Positions 21,924 through 31,348 of a stretch of 64,000 nucleotides of DNA are shown piece after piece. This stretch comes from Coleofasciculus chthonoplastes F2-STO-03 (GTDB lineage: Bacteria; Cyanobacteriota; Cyanobacteriia; Cyanobacteriales; Coleofasciculaceae), in the NCBI GenBank assembly GCA_040222015.1, contig JAVJWO010000176.1, positions 18,173-82,172 on the forward strand, read 5' to 3'. Position 1 is the first letter of the stretch; each line of letters starts with the position of its first letter. The notes under the pieces are model-generated. The model saw only the letters and a program-made list of their open reading frames with translations. It was not told the DNA's origin and ran no database searches. Both the position numbers and the translations under genes were made by a program.

Positions 21924-22980
21924 GGCGTTGCACTCCCAATCCTGATAAATTATTTGGTATCAATCGTCCATCTTGCATCGTCGCCCCGGTGAAGGGATCG
22001 TCGGCTAAGTTCAAATGGCTGTCTAAATCCAGATAATCGGCGAAAGAGGATAAGTGAGAGGCGGCGGTATTGGCAAGGGTGCTATCAGAATAGCAGCCAT
22101 ACATCACTTGTAATCCGCAGGCTTTGGCAGTATGTACCATCCGCAAGGCTTCCGTTAATCCACCAGATTTCATCAATTTGATATTAATCCCATGAACGCA
22201 ATTCGCCAGAGGCGGAATATCCTGACTGGTAAAGCAGCTTTCATCAACGAAAATAGGTAGAGGCGATCGCGAATACAGGTGAGGCAAATCCGCCTCTTGT
22301 CCGGCTCTAAGGGGTTGTTCAATGTATTTGACGCCCTGTTGGGCTAACCAGTCACACATTTTCACAGCGTCGTCTACACGCCAACCGCCATTCGCATCAA
22401 CGGTTAGTTGGGCTTGGGGGGCGACATCTCGGATAGCTAATAGCATTTCGCGATCGGCTTCAATTCCGTCAGGGGAACCGAGTTTAATTTTAATCACACT
22501 GCCCCCCGTAATCGGTATCCAATCTCGCACTCGTTGTTTTGCGGCTTCAGGTGTGCCAATTCCTACCGTGGCGGAAATTGGCACAATTCGATGGCGATTG
22601 CATCCCCACAATTTCCATAAGGGAACACCTAGGTGTTTTCCTAACCAATCCTGTAATGCGATATCAATCGCCGCCCTAGCCGCCGATGGTACATCCGCAT
22701 CTGCCAAGACTCGTTCAATTTTCTGGCGTTCCCAGGGGGTATAGGTTTCTAATGTCGGTATGACTAACTCCAGTGCATCCAACAACATCTGAGTCGTTTG
22801 GGGAGTTTTAGTTAAGGGATGGGATGGAGTCGCGATCGCAAAGGGAGAGGCTTCGCCCCAACCTTCAATCCCCTGATGTTCTAGCCGCACCCAGATATTG
22901 GTGCTTTGGGAGGTTGTGCCACGACTAATCGTTAAGGGGAATCGCTTGTGAACAGTAAAAGGTTCCAGGCTAAAACGCAT
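21907..22980 (-). CDS. Dipeptide epimerase (L-Ala-D/L-Glu epimerase, enolase superfamily)
   Basis: KIKLG, VDANGGW, IEQP, VDES, NIKLMKSGG, DLD; overlaps the DUF1611 gene start. Confidence 0.9.
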   Translation of the reverse strand: MRFSLEPFTVHKRFPLTISRGTTSQSTNIWVRLEHQGIEGWGEASPFAIATPSHPLTKTPQTTQMLLDALELVIPTLETYTPWERQKIERVLADADVPSAARAAIDIALQDWLGKHLGVPLWKLWGCNRHRIVPISATVGIGTPEAAKQRVRDWIPITGGSVIKIKLGSPDGIEADREMLLAIRDVAPQAQLTVDANGGWRVDDAVKMCDWLAQQGVKYIEQPLRAGQEADLPHLYSRSPLPIFVDESCFTSQDIPPLANCVHGINIKLMKSGGLTEALRMVHTAKACGLQVMYGCYSDSTLANTAASHLSSFADYLDLDSHLNLADDPFTGATMQDGRLIPNNLSGLGVQRHVSDK

Positions 22981-23341
22981 AATCCAAGGGTGGTTTGTTA
23001 CACAGTAAGCCCATATTAGATTGAATAGCACTGAAAAGCGTGCATTTTGGGAGCGCCTCCACCATTGATATACCGTAGGGTGGGCATTGCCCACCAACAT
23101 ACGAGTCAGTGACATTTATATTAAGCTATGGTACTGGAATTGGCTGATTCCAACCCGAAGCTGATGTGGTAACTATCTTCAAGCTTAGCTTGACAGCGCT
23201 TCAGGTAAATCTGTAGGGTGCGTTAGTGAAGCGTAACGCACCACTCACCGTTAAAGACTTTAGTGGAATAGATTTTACGGTTAAATCGGGCGCAAGCCTT
23301 GCGCCCCTACATTTGGGTGTACCTTAAACACTGGAGAACCG

Positions 23342-26300
23342 CTATATTTGTTCGTCACGACTAACTCGAAGTCTGGCTCTATGACTAACTGAATAAAGGG
23401 CAGAGTAAATTTCAGGTTCCAAATACATTTCTTGCTTGCTAGTAAGCGATAAATAGGCTTTTCGTAATTCGGTCACTGTTTCCAGATCATCAGCTACTTC
23501 GCCAATTGCTCTAACTATACAACGTTTCCAATTGAAGGTTCGATTATTGTTGTGGATTTCGGGTAATAGCTCCCGTAGTTCAGGTACTAATAACTTGGTA
23601 ATAAATGTGGGCAAGTTGTTCAAAATCTCATTTTGAAATACCAGCCCACTGGATTGATGCAATATTGATAGTATTTGTTGAGCAATTGTATCAGACTGGT
23701 ACTCTGAGGCAGCCCAGAGAATACCTTTTGCCTCACAAATAGATAAATTATACTTTTCTGTCGTAGTGAAAATTCTATTAGCGTAATCAACGATAAACTT
23801 GCGCCCTGATTCCGGCGCTACTCCATGATCCCAGCTTGCCTGACTTTGCTCCAATGCTTGCACCAGCGTTGGCACTACAGAGTTATCTCCCAAGCTTTTG
23901 AGAGTGCGAGTTATTCGTTGCCAAACATATCCAAGCCAAATAGAGTCTCCTAAACACCAGTTAGGAGGCACAACTCGCCTTTCTATTGCCTGAACTAGAT
24001 AGGTGATGCTCTCTTGTTCTCCCCAAATTCCCAAAGTTGTGGCTATGCCCACTCGAACAGGCTCATCAACGTTGTGGTCTTTTGGGATTTGTCTTAGTGA
24101 ATCTATCGCACTTTCTTGTAAACCTTCTAGGGATTCTGTCAATAACCACCGAATCTGCCAATCAATGGATTCATCCTGAATATGTTGCAAAATGGAATTC
24201 ACCAAAGATGCATTCTTTAAATCTCTTAACGCCCTAGAAATGGCTGGCTTTACTCTAGAGCTTGTAGTGTCTGCTAGAATCAAATCCAGCAGTTTTGGAG
24301 CGATAGATTGATCACCTGAACTGCCCAGCAACTCAAAAATTTCAATTTCTTCTCTGTTATAGCATTCTGGGTCAGTCCGCATAGTCAGCAGCTCAGAAGT
24401 TATAGAGGTTTCGCCTAGCTCGATCAACGCCCTAGCAATCTGTAGCCGAATTAATATCCATTCGTCATTTTTTTCTCTAAACCTCTTGAGTAGATAATCG
24501 CTAGCATTTGTCACTTTTAACTCAGCTAGCGAATATAAGATACGTCCACATACCCGTCCATCCCGTTCTACCTTCCTCTGAAAAAGTTTCAGCAATTTAT
24601 TACCTACATTCTGGTCACCATATTTTCCACAAGCCGAGGCAATGATAAATTGCTTTTCCATTAAGGCAACATTCATCCTTCGCCGTTCTAGCTCATTCTT
24701 GCCTACGATAACCAGCATCTCCAGTAGCTCATCAATTAGGGTTGGGTCGCCAATCTCCACCAAAACTTTAGCTGCCCGTTCCCAATTCAGGGCATAGGGT
24801 GAATTACTAAGCAGATCTTTCACTTCGGTAATAATGCGATCGCGTAACCCCTGCATCAGAATCGTGGGTTTACCAACCAGACAACGTGCTGCCAAGAGCA
24901 AATCACTATCAAAAAGGTCATCATTGACAGCTAGCGGTTCCCCTTCCGGTATTAACTGGTTGATGTTTCCAGGTAACAATGGAGGTAGCGAACGTCCCAA
25001 GATACCTAATAGTAGCGGTGTCGCATCGTCCATACATTCAGCTAATAGCAGGATTACCTCTTCCCACCAAGGTTCATGTCGATGCTTAACAACCTCTTGC
25101 CATCCAACTGCACCTTTTTTATTGGCGGCTAGTGCGGCAAAATATTCTTGAAACGTCAAATGCAGAAAGCCATACAATTCATAGGCGGCTTCTTTCAGCA
25201 AACTCGATGAATCTGTAATTTCCTCCAGGATTGCTTGGTTCTCTTCTGGTGAGATATTGATTTGATCATTAGAAAGAAAGCGAGGAAGTTGCCGCAATAG
25301 TTCAGCTTCGCGGAAATAGCTTGTCCCTTGCTGATGGAAATACCACGCTACCTCTATCAACAGCTTCTGCATTTGTGTTGGTTTAAACTGCCTGAATCGC
25401 TTAACATCTCGATTAGGTTCCGCATCCCATTCTTCGAGCAATACTTCAACGCAGTGCTTGTACAATTCAGAGCGACGCTCAGGTAATTTCAATTCTCGCC
25501 CATAGACAATCGCCATTAGTGAGAGAATTAACGGATTTCCTGCCAACGTCTTCATCCGCAAGTTTTTATCTAATTCTTGCCATAGTCCTTCCGCCTTGGA
25601 GGGATCTGATTTGAACCAGTTGTTGGCAAATTCCTTAATCTGAGGTTCATCAAATTCCAGCACTTCCATTGTCTGGAACCCAGTTAAACCACCGCGCCAG
25701 CCAGCCCGACGACAGGTAACTGCGATCGGAGCATTACGAAATCGAAATTGTGTGGCTAATTGATTTACTTTATAAACCGCCTGATTGTAAGCATTTTTCG
25801 CCTCAGCAGGGCTTTTACCACCCAATACTTCGTCTAATCCGTCTAACAGCAATGCAGCATTACCGTCTTCTAGCTGTTTTTCAAGATAGGGGCGGGCATT
25901 TGGAAAGCCATAGCGTTCCGCCAAGTCAGCAGCAACAAACTCTAGAACGTTTTCCGTGTTACCTTCTAAAAATTTCAGTTCAACATAAATAGGCAAATAG
26001 GGTAAGCTTGGCTCATCTTTAGCCATTCGCACAGCTAGGTGTCGCAGGATCGTCGTTTTACCTGCACCAGGCTCACCCAACACAGTTATCCGTTTGTGTT
26101 CGGTTAATGCCTCTTCTGGGGAAATTGCCGTTGCCGCTTTTTCTGCTAAACGCCGTTGAGATTGTCGCAACAGTTCCCCTGGCTCACCCCCAGCTGACGA
26201 GGCTTTTTCTTCTTCTTGGGTAGAGGACAGTGGTTGTTCTTGCCGCACTTGCAGTTTTACATAAATATTCTCCAGCTTCAGAGGACTGGACATCTTAAAA

Positions 26301-27235
26301 ATCTGTAGATTTTCGAGTCTATAAATCAGTTGTTTACGGTAGGCGGCAACATGGCGTTCGATAGTCTGTTCTGGTTGAGTTTCTTCTTTCGTTTTCTGTG
26401 CATATAAAATGTTACGTATTTTTTCTTTAGTGATGCACTTTCCTTGAATGCTAGCCGCCGTTTTTTTCTCTTCTGAATCAGTAAGCAGATCAAAATAGAG
26501 AGGCTGTGAGGAATCATTGGCTAGGGAAGCGGCACGAAGCATTTCGTGGATGAGGACATTAGCTAAATCTTTTAACTCGTCGTATACTCTCTGGTTTATA
26601 TCAGGGAGTTTCGCAATATCATCAATAAGATACCTTTCAATATCGTCTAATCCTGGCAAATCAGCCTGTGGTTTGACTTTGCTCAAAACCTTTAAGGCTA
26701 ATTCACTAATAGTGCTATCATCATTTAAAACAAGGTCTCTTATCTCTTTGTCCTCATCTTTATTGGAGGATAATTTATTTTTGGTAAAATCGAATAAAAT
26801 TTTCTGAGGAGCAATGCCTTCTTTTTTGGCATCTTTAGCTAATTGCAAAAGATAAGATAAGTTACTGCTATTCTTTTTTTCGTGCCAAAAGCCATTATTA
26901 ACAGCTATTGCATATTGAGAAAAATATTCTGGGAATTCGTGTTCAAGCTTAACAAATCTCCTCAAGGACTTGACTATTGGTTCGTCAATAGCTTTATAGG
27001 GACCATTACTAACCTGCCGCGTTTTGATCTGAATACCTACAAATGTGCCATCTTTACGCTTAACTAGAACATCTTCATGATGTTCACAGAATATGTACTC
27101 AAACTCAGATTCTTCCTGAAGCAGGGACAAAGAAATTATGGCAGCATAGGTAGCTTGGTAGCGAAATCGTCGCTGGGTATCATCACCAGGGTCATCATTG
27201 CTGAGTACGTTCTCAGGCGTTATAGGTCGATTCAT
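23342..27235 (-). CDS. Cap4/DUF4297-type endonuclease + NACHT NTPase + HEAT-like helical repeats (bacterial NLR-like protein)
   Basis: N-term PGDDTQRRFRYQ..CEHHEDV..GIQIKT; Walker A GEPGAGKTT; Walker B LLLDGLDEV; GNPLILSL; FLHLTFQEYFAA; WWEEVILLLA; ATG 27235 preferred over 27271. Confidence 0.85.
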   Translation of the reverse strand: MNRPITPENVLSNDDPGDDTQRRFRYQATYAAIISLSLLQEESEFEYIFCEHHEDVLVKRKDGTFVGIQIKTRQVSNGPYKAIDEPIVKSLRRFVKLEHEFPEYFSQYAIAVNNGFWHEKKNSSNLSYLLQLAKDAKKEGIAPQKILFDFTKNKLSSNKDEDKEIRDLVLNDDSTISELALKVLSKVKPQADLPGLDDIERYLIDDIAKLPDINQRVYDELKDLANVLIHEMLRAASLANDSSQPLYFDLLTDSEEKKTAASIQGKCITKEKIRNILYAQKTKEETQPEQTIERHVAAYRKQLIYRLENLQIFKMSSPLKLENIYVKLQVRQEQPLSSTQEEEKASSAGGEPGELLRQSQRRLAEKAATAISPEEALTEHKRITVLGEPGAGKTTILRHLAVRMAKDEPSLPYLPIYVELKFLEGNTENVLEFVAADLAERYGFPNARPYLEKQLEDGNAALLLDGLDEVLGGKSPAEAKNAYNQAVYKVNQLATQFRFRNAPIAVTCRRAGWRGGLTGFQTMEVLEFDEPQIKEFANNWFKSDPSKAEGLWQELDKNLRMKTLAGNPLILSLMAIVYGRELKLPERRSELYKHCVEVLLEEWDAEPNRDVKRFRQFKPTQMQKLLIEVAWYFHQQGTSYFREAELLRQLPRFLSNDQINISPEENQAILEEITDSSSLLKEAAYELYGFLHLTFQEYFAALAANKKGAVGWQEVVKHRHEPWWEEVILLLAECMDDATPLLLGILGRSLPPLLPGNINQLIPEGEPLAVNDDLFDSDLLLAARCLVGKPTILMQGLRDRIITEVKDLLSNSPYALNWERAAKVLVEIGDPTLIDELLEMLVIVGKNELERRRMNVALMEKQFIIASACGKYGDQNVGNKLLKLFQRKVERDGRVCGRILYSLAELKVTNASDYLLKRFREKNDEWILIRLQIARALIELGETSITSELLTMRTDPECYNREEIEIFELLGSSGDQSIAPKLLDLILADTTSSRVKPAISRALRDLKNASLVNSILQHIQDESIDWQIRWLLTESLEGLQESAIDSLRQIPKDHNVDEPVRVGIATTLGIWGEQESITYLVQAIERRVVPPNWCLGDSIWLGYVWQRITRTLKSLGDNSVVPTLVQALEQSQASWDHGVAPESGRKFIVDYANRIFTTTEKYNLSICEAKGILWAASEYQSDTIAQQILSILHQSSGLVFQNEILNNLPTFITKLLVPELRELLPEIHNNNRTFNWKRCIVRAIGEVADDLETVTELRKAYLSLTSKQEMYLEPEIYSALYSVSHRARLRVSRDEQI

Positions 27236-27348
27236 CGTCCCATTTAGACTAGCTTTCCCTAGTATGACCAATATAAAGCTGATGTAACCACTGATTTACA
27301 AGGATATTTTGGCGATTATTCTTAAGAAACCCTCCTCCATTTTGAGTA

Positions 27349-27412
27349 AGGGCGGGTTTTGCTGAAATATTATGGGTGAGACTCGAAATTAAACGGCTAA
27401 ACCCGCCCCTAC
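27349..27412. repeat. REPIN-like doublet GGGCGGGTTT...AAACCCGCCC (family also at about 31136, 42600, 45437, 50919, 52164, 57576)
   Basis: Conserved inverted arms with variable spacer, GTAG/CTAC at one end. Confidence 0.8.
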
Positions 27413-27565
27413 AAGCCTCCACAGGTTTTTCTCTTGAGATGGGATACCCAAGCTTGACTACAGGGAATCAAGAATCGACTGGTTGAGAATGTTCTATTTG
27501 TCAAGTTATTCAAAAAATCTTAAAGGAATGATAGTCCCGCACCTCCACCCCCCACACCCCACCTC

Positions 27566-28009
<444 letters not shown>

Positions 28010-28099
28010 CTAGTTCAACCGCATCGGTTTTCTATAATTTATTAGCCTGCAACGAGAGTGCATGGCATTCTCAATATTGGAACAAGACGTTAGTCAGCT

Positions 28100-28471
28100 A
28101 TGTCTATCGAGAAACTTCAGCCTGCCGATAAAGCCGCCGTCGGTGTCTATATGCCTTACTATCAAGGCGCTAAACGCAATGCCCTCCCTCTGGCGATTAG
28201 TCTGTATCAACAGGGATCGTTAGAAGGGAGTCGCCGTATTGAAGGGGGTGAAAGCATTCCCTTTGTGGCAACCTGGTTTGTCTCCAAGCTACCTTCGGAA
28301 CCAACCCGCTGCCGATTACAGTTTGACGGCAATGCGGAACTGAGTTATGAGGTAACGTTGCCGAATTCTGAATTTATTAATTACTTAATCGAAGTCATTT
28401 TGAATTTCAAGCGCACCCGCTTGACCGATTTTTCCCAGACGTTTTATCGCAAACTACTACGTGACGAGTAA
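28100..28471 (+). CDS. ebsA: Type IV pilus/secretion-associated protein EbsA
   Basis: Recognised cyanobacterial sequence (VYMPYYQG..LPLAISLYQQGSLEG..CRLQFDGNAELSYE). Confidence 0.78.
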   Translation: MSIEKLQPADKAAVGVYMPYYQGAKRNALPLAISLYQQGSLEGSRRIEGGESIPFVATWFVSKLPSEPTRCRLQFDGNAELSYEVTLPNSEFINYLIEVILNFKRTRLTDFSQTFYRKLLRDE

Positions 28472-28509
28472 ACTCAAGTGGCATTTTGACCAGAGGAGTG
28501 AAATTAGGG

Positions 28510-29601
28510 GTGAAAAAATCTGTGAATTATTTACTAATTGGATCAACGGAAGCGTATAGTGGCAAGTCTGCTATCATTCTGGGTATCGCCCATCAGCTTA
28601 AAAGTAAAGGACTGGATATTGGTTATGGTAAGCTCTTAGGCTGTACTGAGTATGCGAATAAAGTGGATCGGGAAGGCGATGATGTGCAGTTTATTCCGTC
28701 TATCCTGAACCTACCCGAAAAACAAGTGCGATCGCCTCTACTCTATCTGGATGATCAGACGATGCAGAAACGCTTGCGGGGTGAGGATTCGACCAATTAT
28801 CGTGCATCACTCAAGTCCTATCTCCAGCCGCCGATTGGTGATTTAATGATACTCGAAGGACCGAGTACCCTGTTTGAAGGCAATTTATTTGACCTCTCGT
28901 TGCTGGATATTGCTCAGGAAGTAGAGGCTTCTATTATATTAGTCAGCCGTTTTCATTCGGTGCTACTGGTGGAAACGCTACTCTCTGCTAAACACCAACT
29001 CGGCGATCGCTTACGGGGAGTTGTGATTAATGCGATTCCGGCTGATCAACTGGAAATCGTCCAATCCACTGTCCAACCTTTTCTAGAGGCGCAAGGTATT
29101 CCCGTATTGGGGATGTTACCTCAAAACGATTTACTCCGCAGCGTTACGGTTCGAGAATTAATTCATCAACTCGATGCCCAAGTGCTTTGTCGTCCGGATC
29201 GGGTGGATTTATTGGTTCAAAGTTTGACCATTGGCGCGATGAATGTCAACTCTGCCCTAAAATATTTCCGCAAAGGCAAGCACATGGCGGTTGTCACGGG
29301 AGGCGATCGCACGGATATCCAAATGGCAGCACTGGAAACCTCAACCCATTGTCTGATTCTAACGGGTAAAATACCACCCCAACCGTTAATTGTCAACCGG
29401 GCGGAAGAATTGGAAATTCCTATCTTATCAGTGGATCTCGATACCCTGACAACGGTGGAAATTATCGATCGCGCGTTTGGTCAAGTCCGCTTGCGCGAAT
29501 CCATTAAAGCCCAGTGCATCCAAGAGCTTATGGGAGAACATTTTGATATTGAACGGTTGATGAATTTACTTGGTTTAAAAGCGGCTGTTTCAACGCATTA
29601 A
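28510..29601 (+). CDS. Phosphotransacetylase-N/DRTGG domain protein
   Basis: GSTEAYSGKS P-loop, IGAMNV, VTGGDRTDIQ. Confidence 0.88.
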   Translation: MKKSVNYLLIGSTEAYSGKSAIILGIAHQLKSKGLDIGYGKLLGCTEYANKVDREGDDVQFIPSILNLPEKQVRSPLLYLDDQTMQKRLRGEDSTNYRASLKSYLQPPIGDLMILEGPSTLFEGNLFDLSLLDIAQEVEASIILVSRFHSVLLVETLLSAKHQLGDRLRGVVINAIPADQLEIVQSTVQPFLEAQGIPVLGMLPQNDLLRSVTVRELIHQLDAQVLCRPDRVDLLVQSLTIGAMNVNSALKYFRKGKHMAVVTGGDRTDIQMAALETSTHCLILTGKIPPQPLIVNRAEELEIPILSVDLDTLTTVEIIDRAFGQVRLRESIKAQCIQELMGEHFDIERLMNLLGLKAAVSTH

Positions 29602-29733
29602 TAATTCATCATTTGTCATTTTTACTTAGTTTTAAGTCATGAATCTGTCTACCTTGCTAGGGCAGATTTTTTGTTTTAATCTTGACTTTTAACTTGGCTG
29701 GCTTAATGGTTCCCCATCACTGAATAGAATCTC

Positions 29734-31119
29734 ATGAAGTTAGATTTAGAACGATTTTTCGCGGCGTGTAATCCCAGCAAAACCCTAAACATGAAAAATG
29801 CTGAGGATCACAAGTATTATATCGAATTTGCTGGAGTGCGGGGTGGTAAGGCAATTGAAGCATTAAAGCGGACGATCGCACGGCTATCACCCAACGAACC
29901 CACCTGTCAATTATTCACCGGACATATTGGTTGTGGCAAGTCTACAGAGTTATTGCGGTTAAAGATGGAGTTGGAGGCGTTGGACTTTCATGTCGTCTAT
30001 TTTCAAGCCACCGATGATTTAGATGTCGCGGATGTTGATATTACCGATATTCTACTCGCGATCGCCCGCCAAGTAAGCGCCAGTTTAGAATCGAGTCGGG
30101 TGGCGTTACAACCGGGTGGATTTAAGGCGTTTTTACAGAAAACCATTGATGTGCTACAGACACCGATAGAAGTGGGAGGGGAAGCCAAAGTTCCGGGGAT
30201 TGGTACAGTTAAAGCGAGTACCGAGGGCAACTTTGAAGTCTCTCTTCCCGATAAAATTGCTAAACTGACGATCAAAGCCAAAAATAGCCAGCAGATGCGT
30301 TCCAAACTCAGACAGCATTTGGAACCCCAAACCAGTCAAATTTTAGAGTATATTAATCAGGAAATCCTCGAAGTTGCTATTGCACAATTGAAGCAACTAG
30401 ATCAAAAAGGATTAGTCGTCATTGTCGATAACTTAGATCGCATTCCCAACCAAGAAACGGCTGCATCCAGCAAACCACTTCCGGAATATATTTTTGTCGA
30501 TCGCGGCGAACAATTAAGTCAACTCAATTGCCATTTGGTGTATACCCTTCCCCTATCGCTAATTTTCTCCAATTTACGAGAACCGTTAAAGAATCGTCTC
30601 GGAAATGGTCGTAGTCCGATTGTCTTATCTATGGTGCCAGTCTTCTCCCGCGATGGTCAAGATCATCCGGGAGGAATCGCCCTACTGCGACAGATGATTT
30701 TAGCCCGGGCGTTTCCAGAAGCGACAGCCGAGGAACGTTTAGCAAGTGTCACCAAAGTATTTGATAGTCTTGACACATTAGACCGACTGTGCAAGATTAG
30801 TGGCGGTCATGTAAGAAGTTTGTTGGGGATGCTTTATGCCTGTCTCCAGGAACAAGATCCGCCGATTTCTCGCCCGATTTTGGAAATGGTAATTCGCCAA
30901 GAACGGGATAGTTTATTATTGGCAATTGATAATCATGAATGGGAGTTATTGTTTCAAGTAGTACGGGAACAAAAAGTTAAAGGCGATCATGAATATCAAA
31001 CATTACTACAAAGCTTATTTGTATTTGAGTATCAAGATGAACAGGGGAGTTGGTTTGGCTTAAATCCCTTATTATTTGAGACCAAAAAATATCAGGCGTG
31101 GATACAGCAAAATGAGTAA
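29734..31119 (+). CDS. P-loop ATPase (cyanobacterial AAA/STAND-like) partnered with the downstream WD40 protein
   Basis: FTGHIGCGKSTEL, VVIVDNLDR, SGGHVR. Confidence 0.85.
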   Translation: MKLDLERFFAACNPSKTLNMKNAEDHKYYIEFAGVRGGKAIEALKRTIARLSPNEPTCQLFTGHIGCGKSTELLRLKMELEALDFHVVYFQATDDLDVADVDITDILLAIARQVSASLESSRVALQPGGFKAFLQKTIDVLQTPIEVGGEAKVPGIGTVKASTEGNFEVSLPDKIAKLTIKAKNSQQMRSKLRQHLEPQTSQILEYINQEILEVAIAQLKQLDQKGLVVIVDNLDRIPNQETAASSKPLPEYIFVDRGEQLSQLNCHLVYTLPLSLIFSNLREPLKNRLGNGRSPIVLSMVPVFSRDGQDHPGGIALLRQMILARAFPEATAEERLASVTKVFDSLDTLDRLCKISGGHVRSLLGMLYACLQEQDPPISRPILEMVIRQERDSLLLAIDNHEWELLFQVVREQKVKGDHEYQTLLQSLFVFEYQDEQGSWFGLNPLLFETKKYQAWIQQNE

Positions 31120-31348
31120 ATAGAAGATCAAGCTTGTAGGGGCGGGTTTGACCGATAACATATAGGAGACAACCGCTAACTTAACTAAACCCGCCCGACT
31201 TGGGGTACAAAGGAGACAAAGAAAACCATATTAACTTGACACACCACCGACTCCAACCCCCTCTGCGTCCCTCTGCGTAAACCTCTGCGTCCCTCTGCGT
31301 TAAAAAAATATAATTCCCCCTCTAACAAACTTACTATAAATTGTGATC

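Noticed and set aside
23342..27235. CBASS or Lamassu operon
   Set aside because: No cyclase, SAVED domain or SMC-like gene nearby; the nuclease is fused to NACHT
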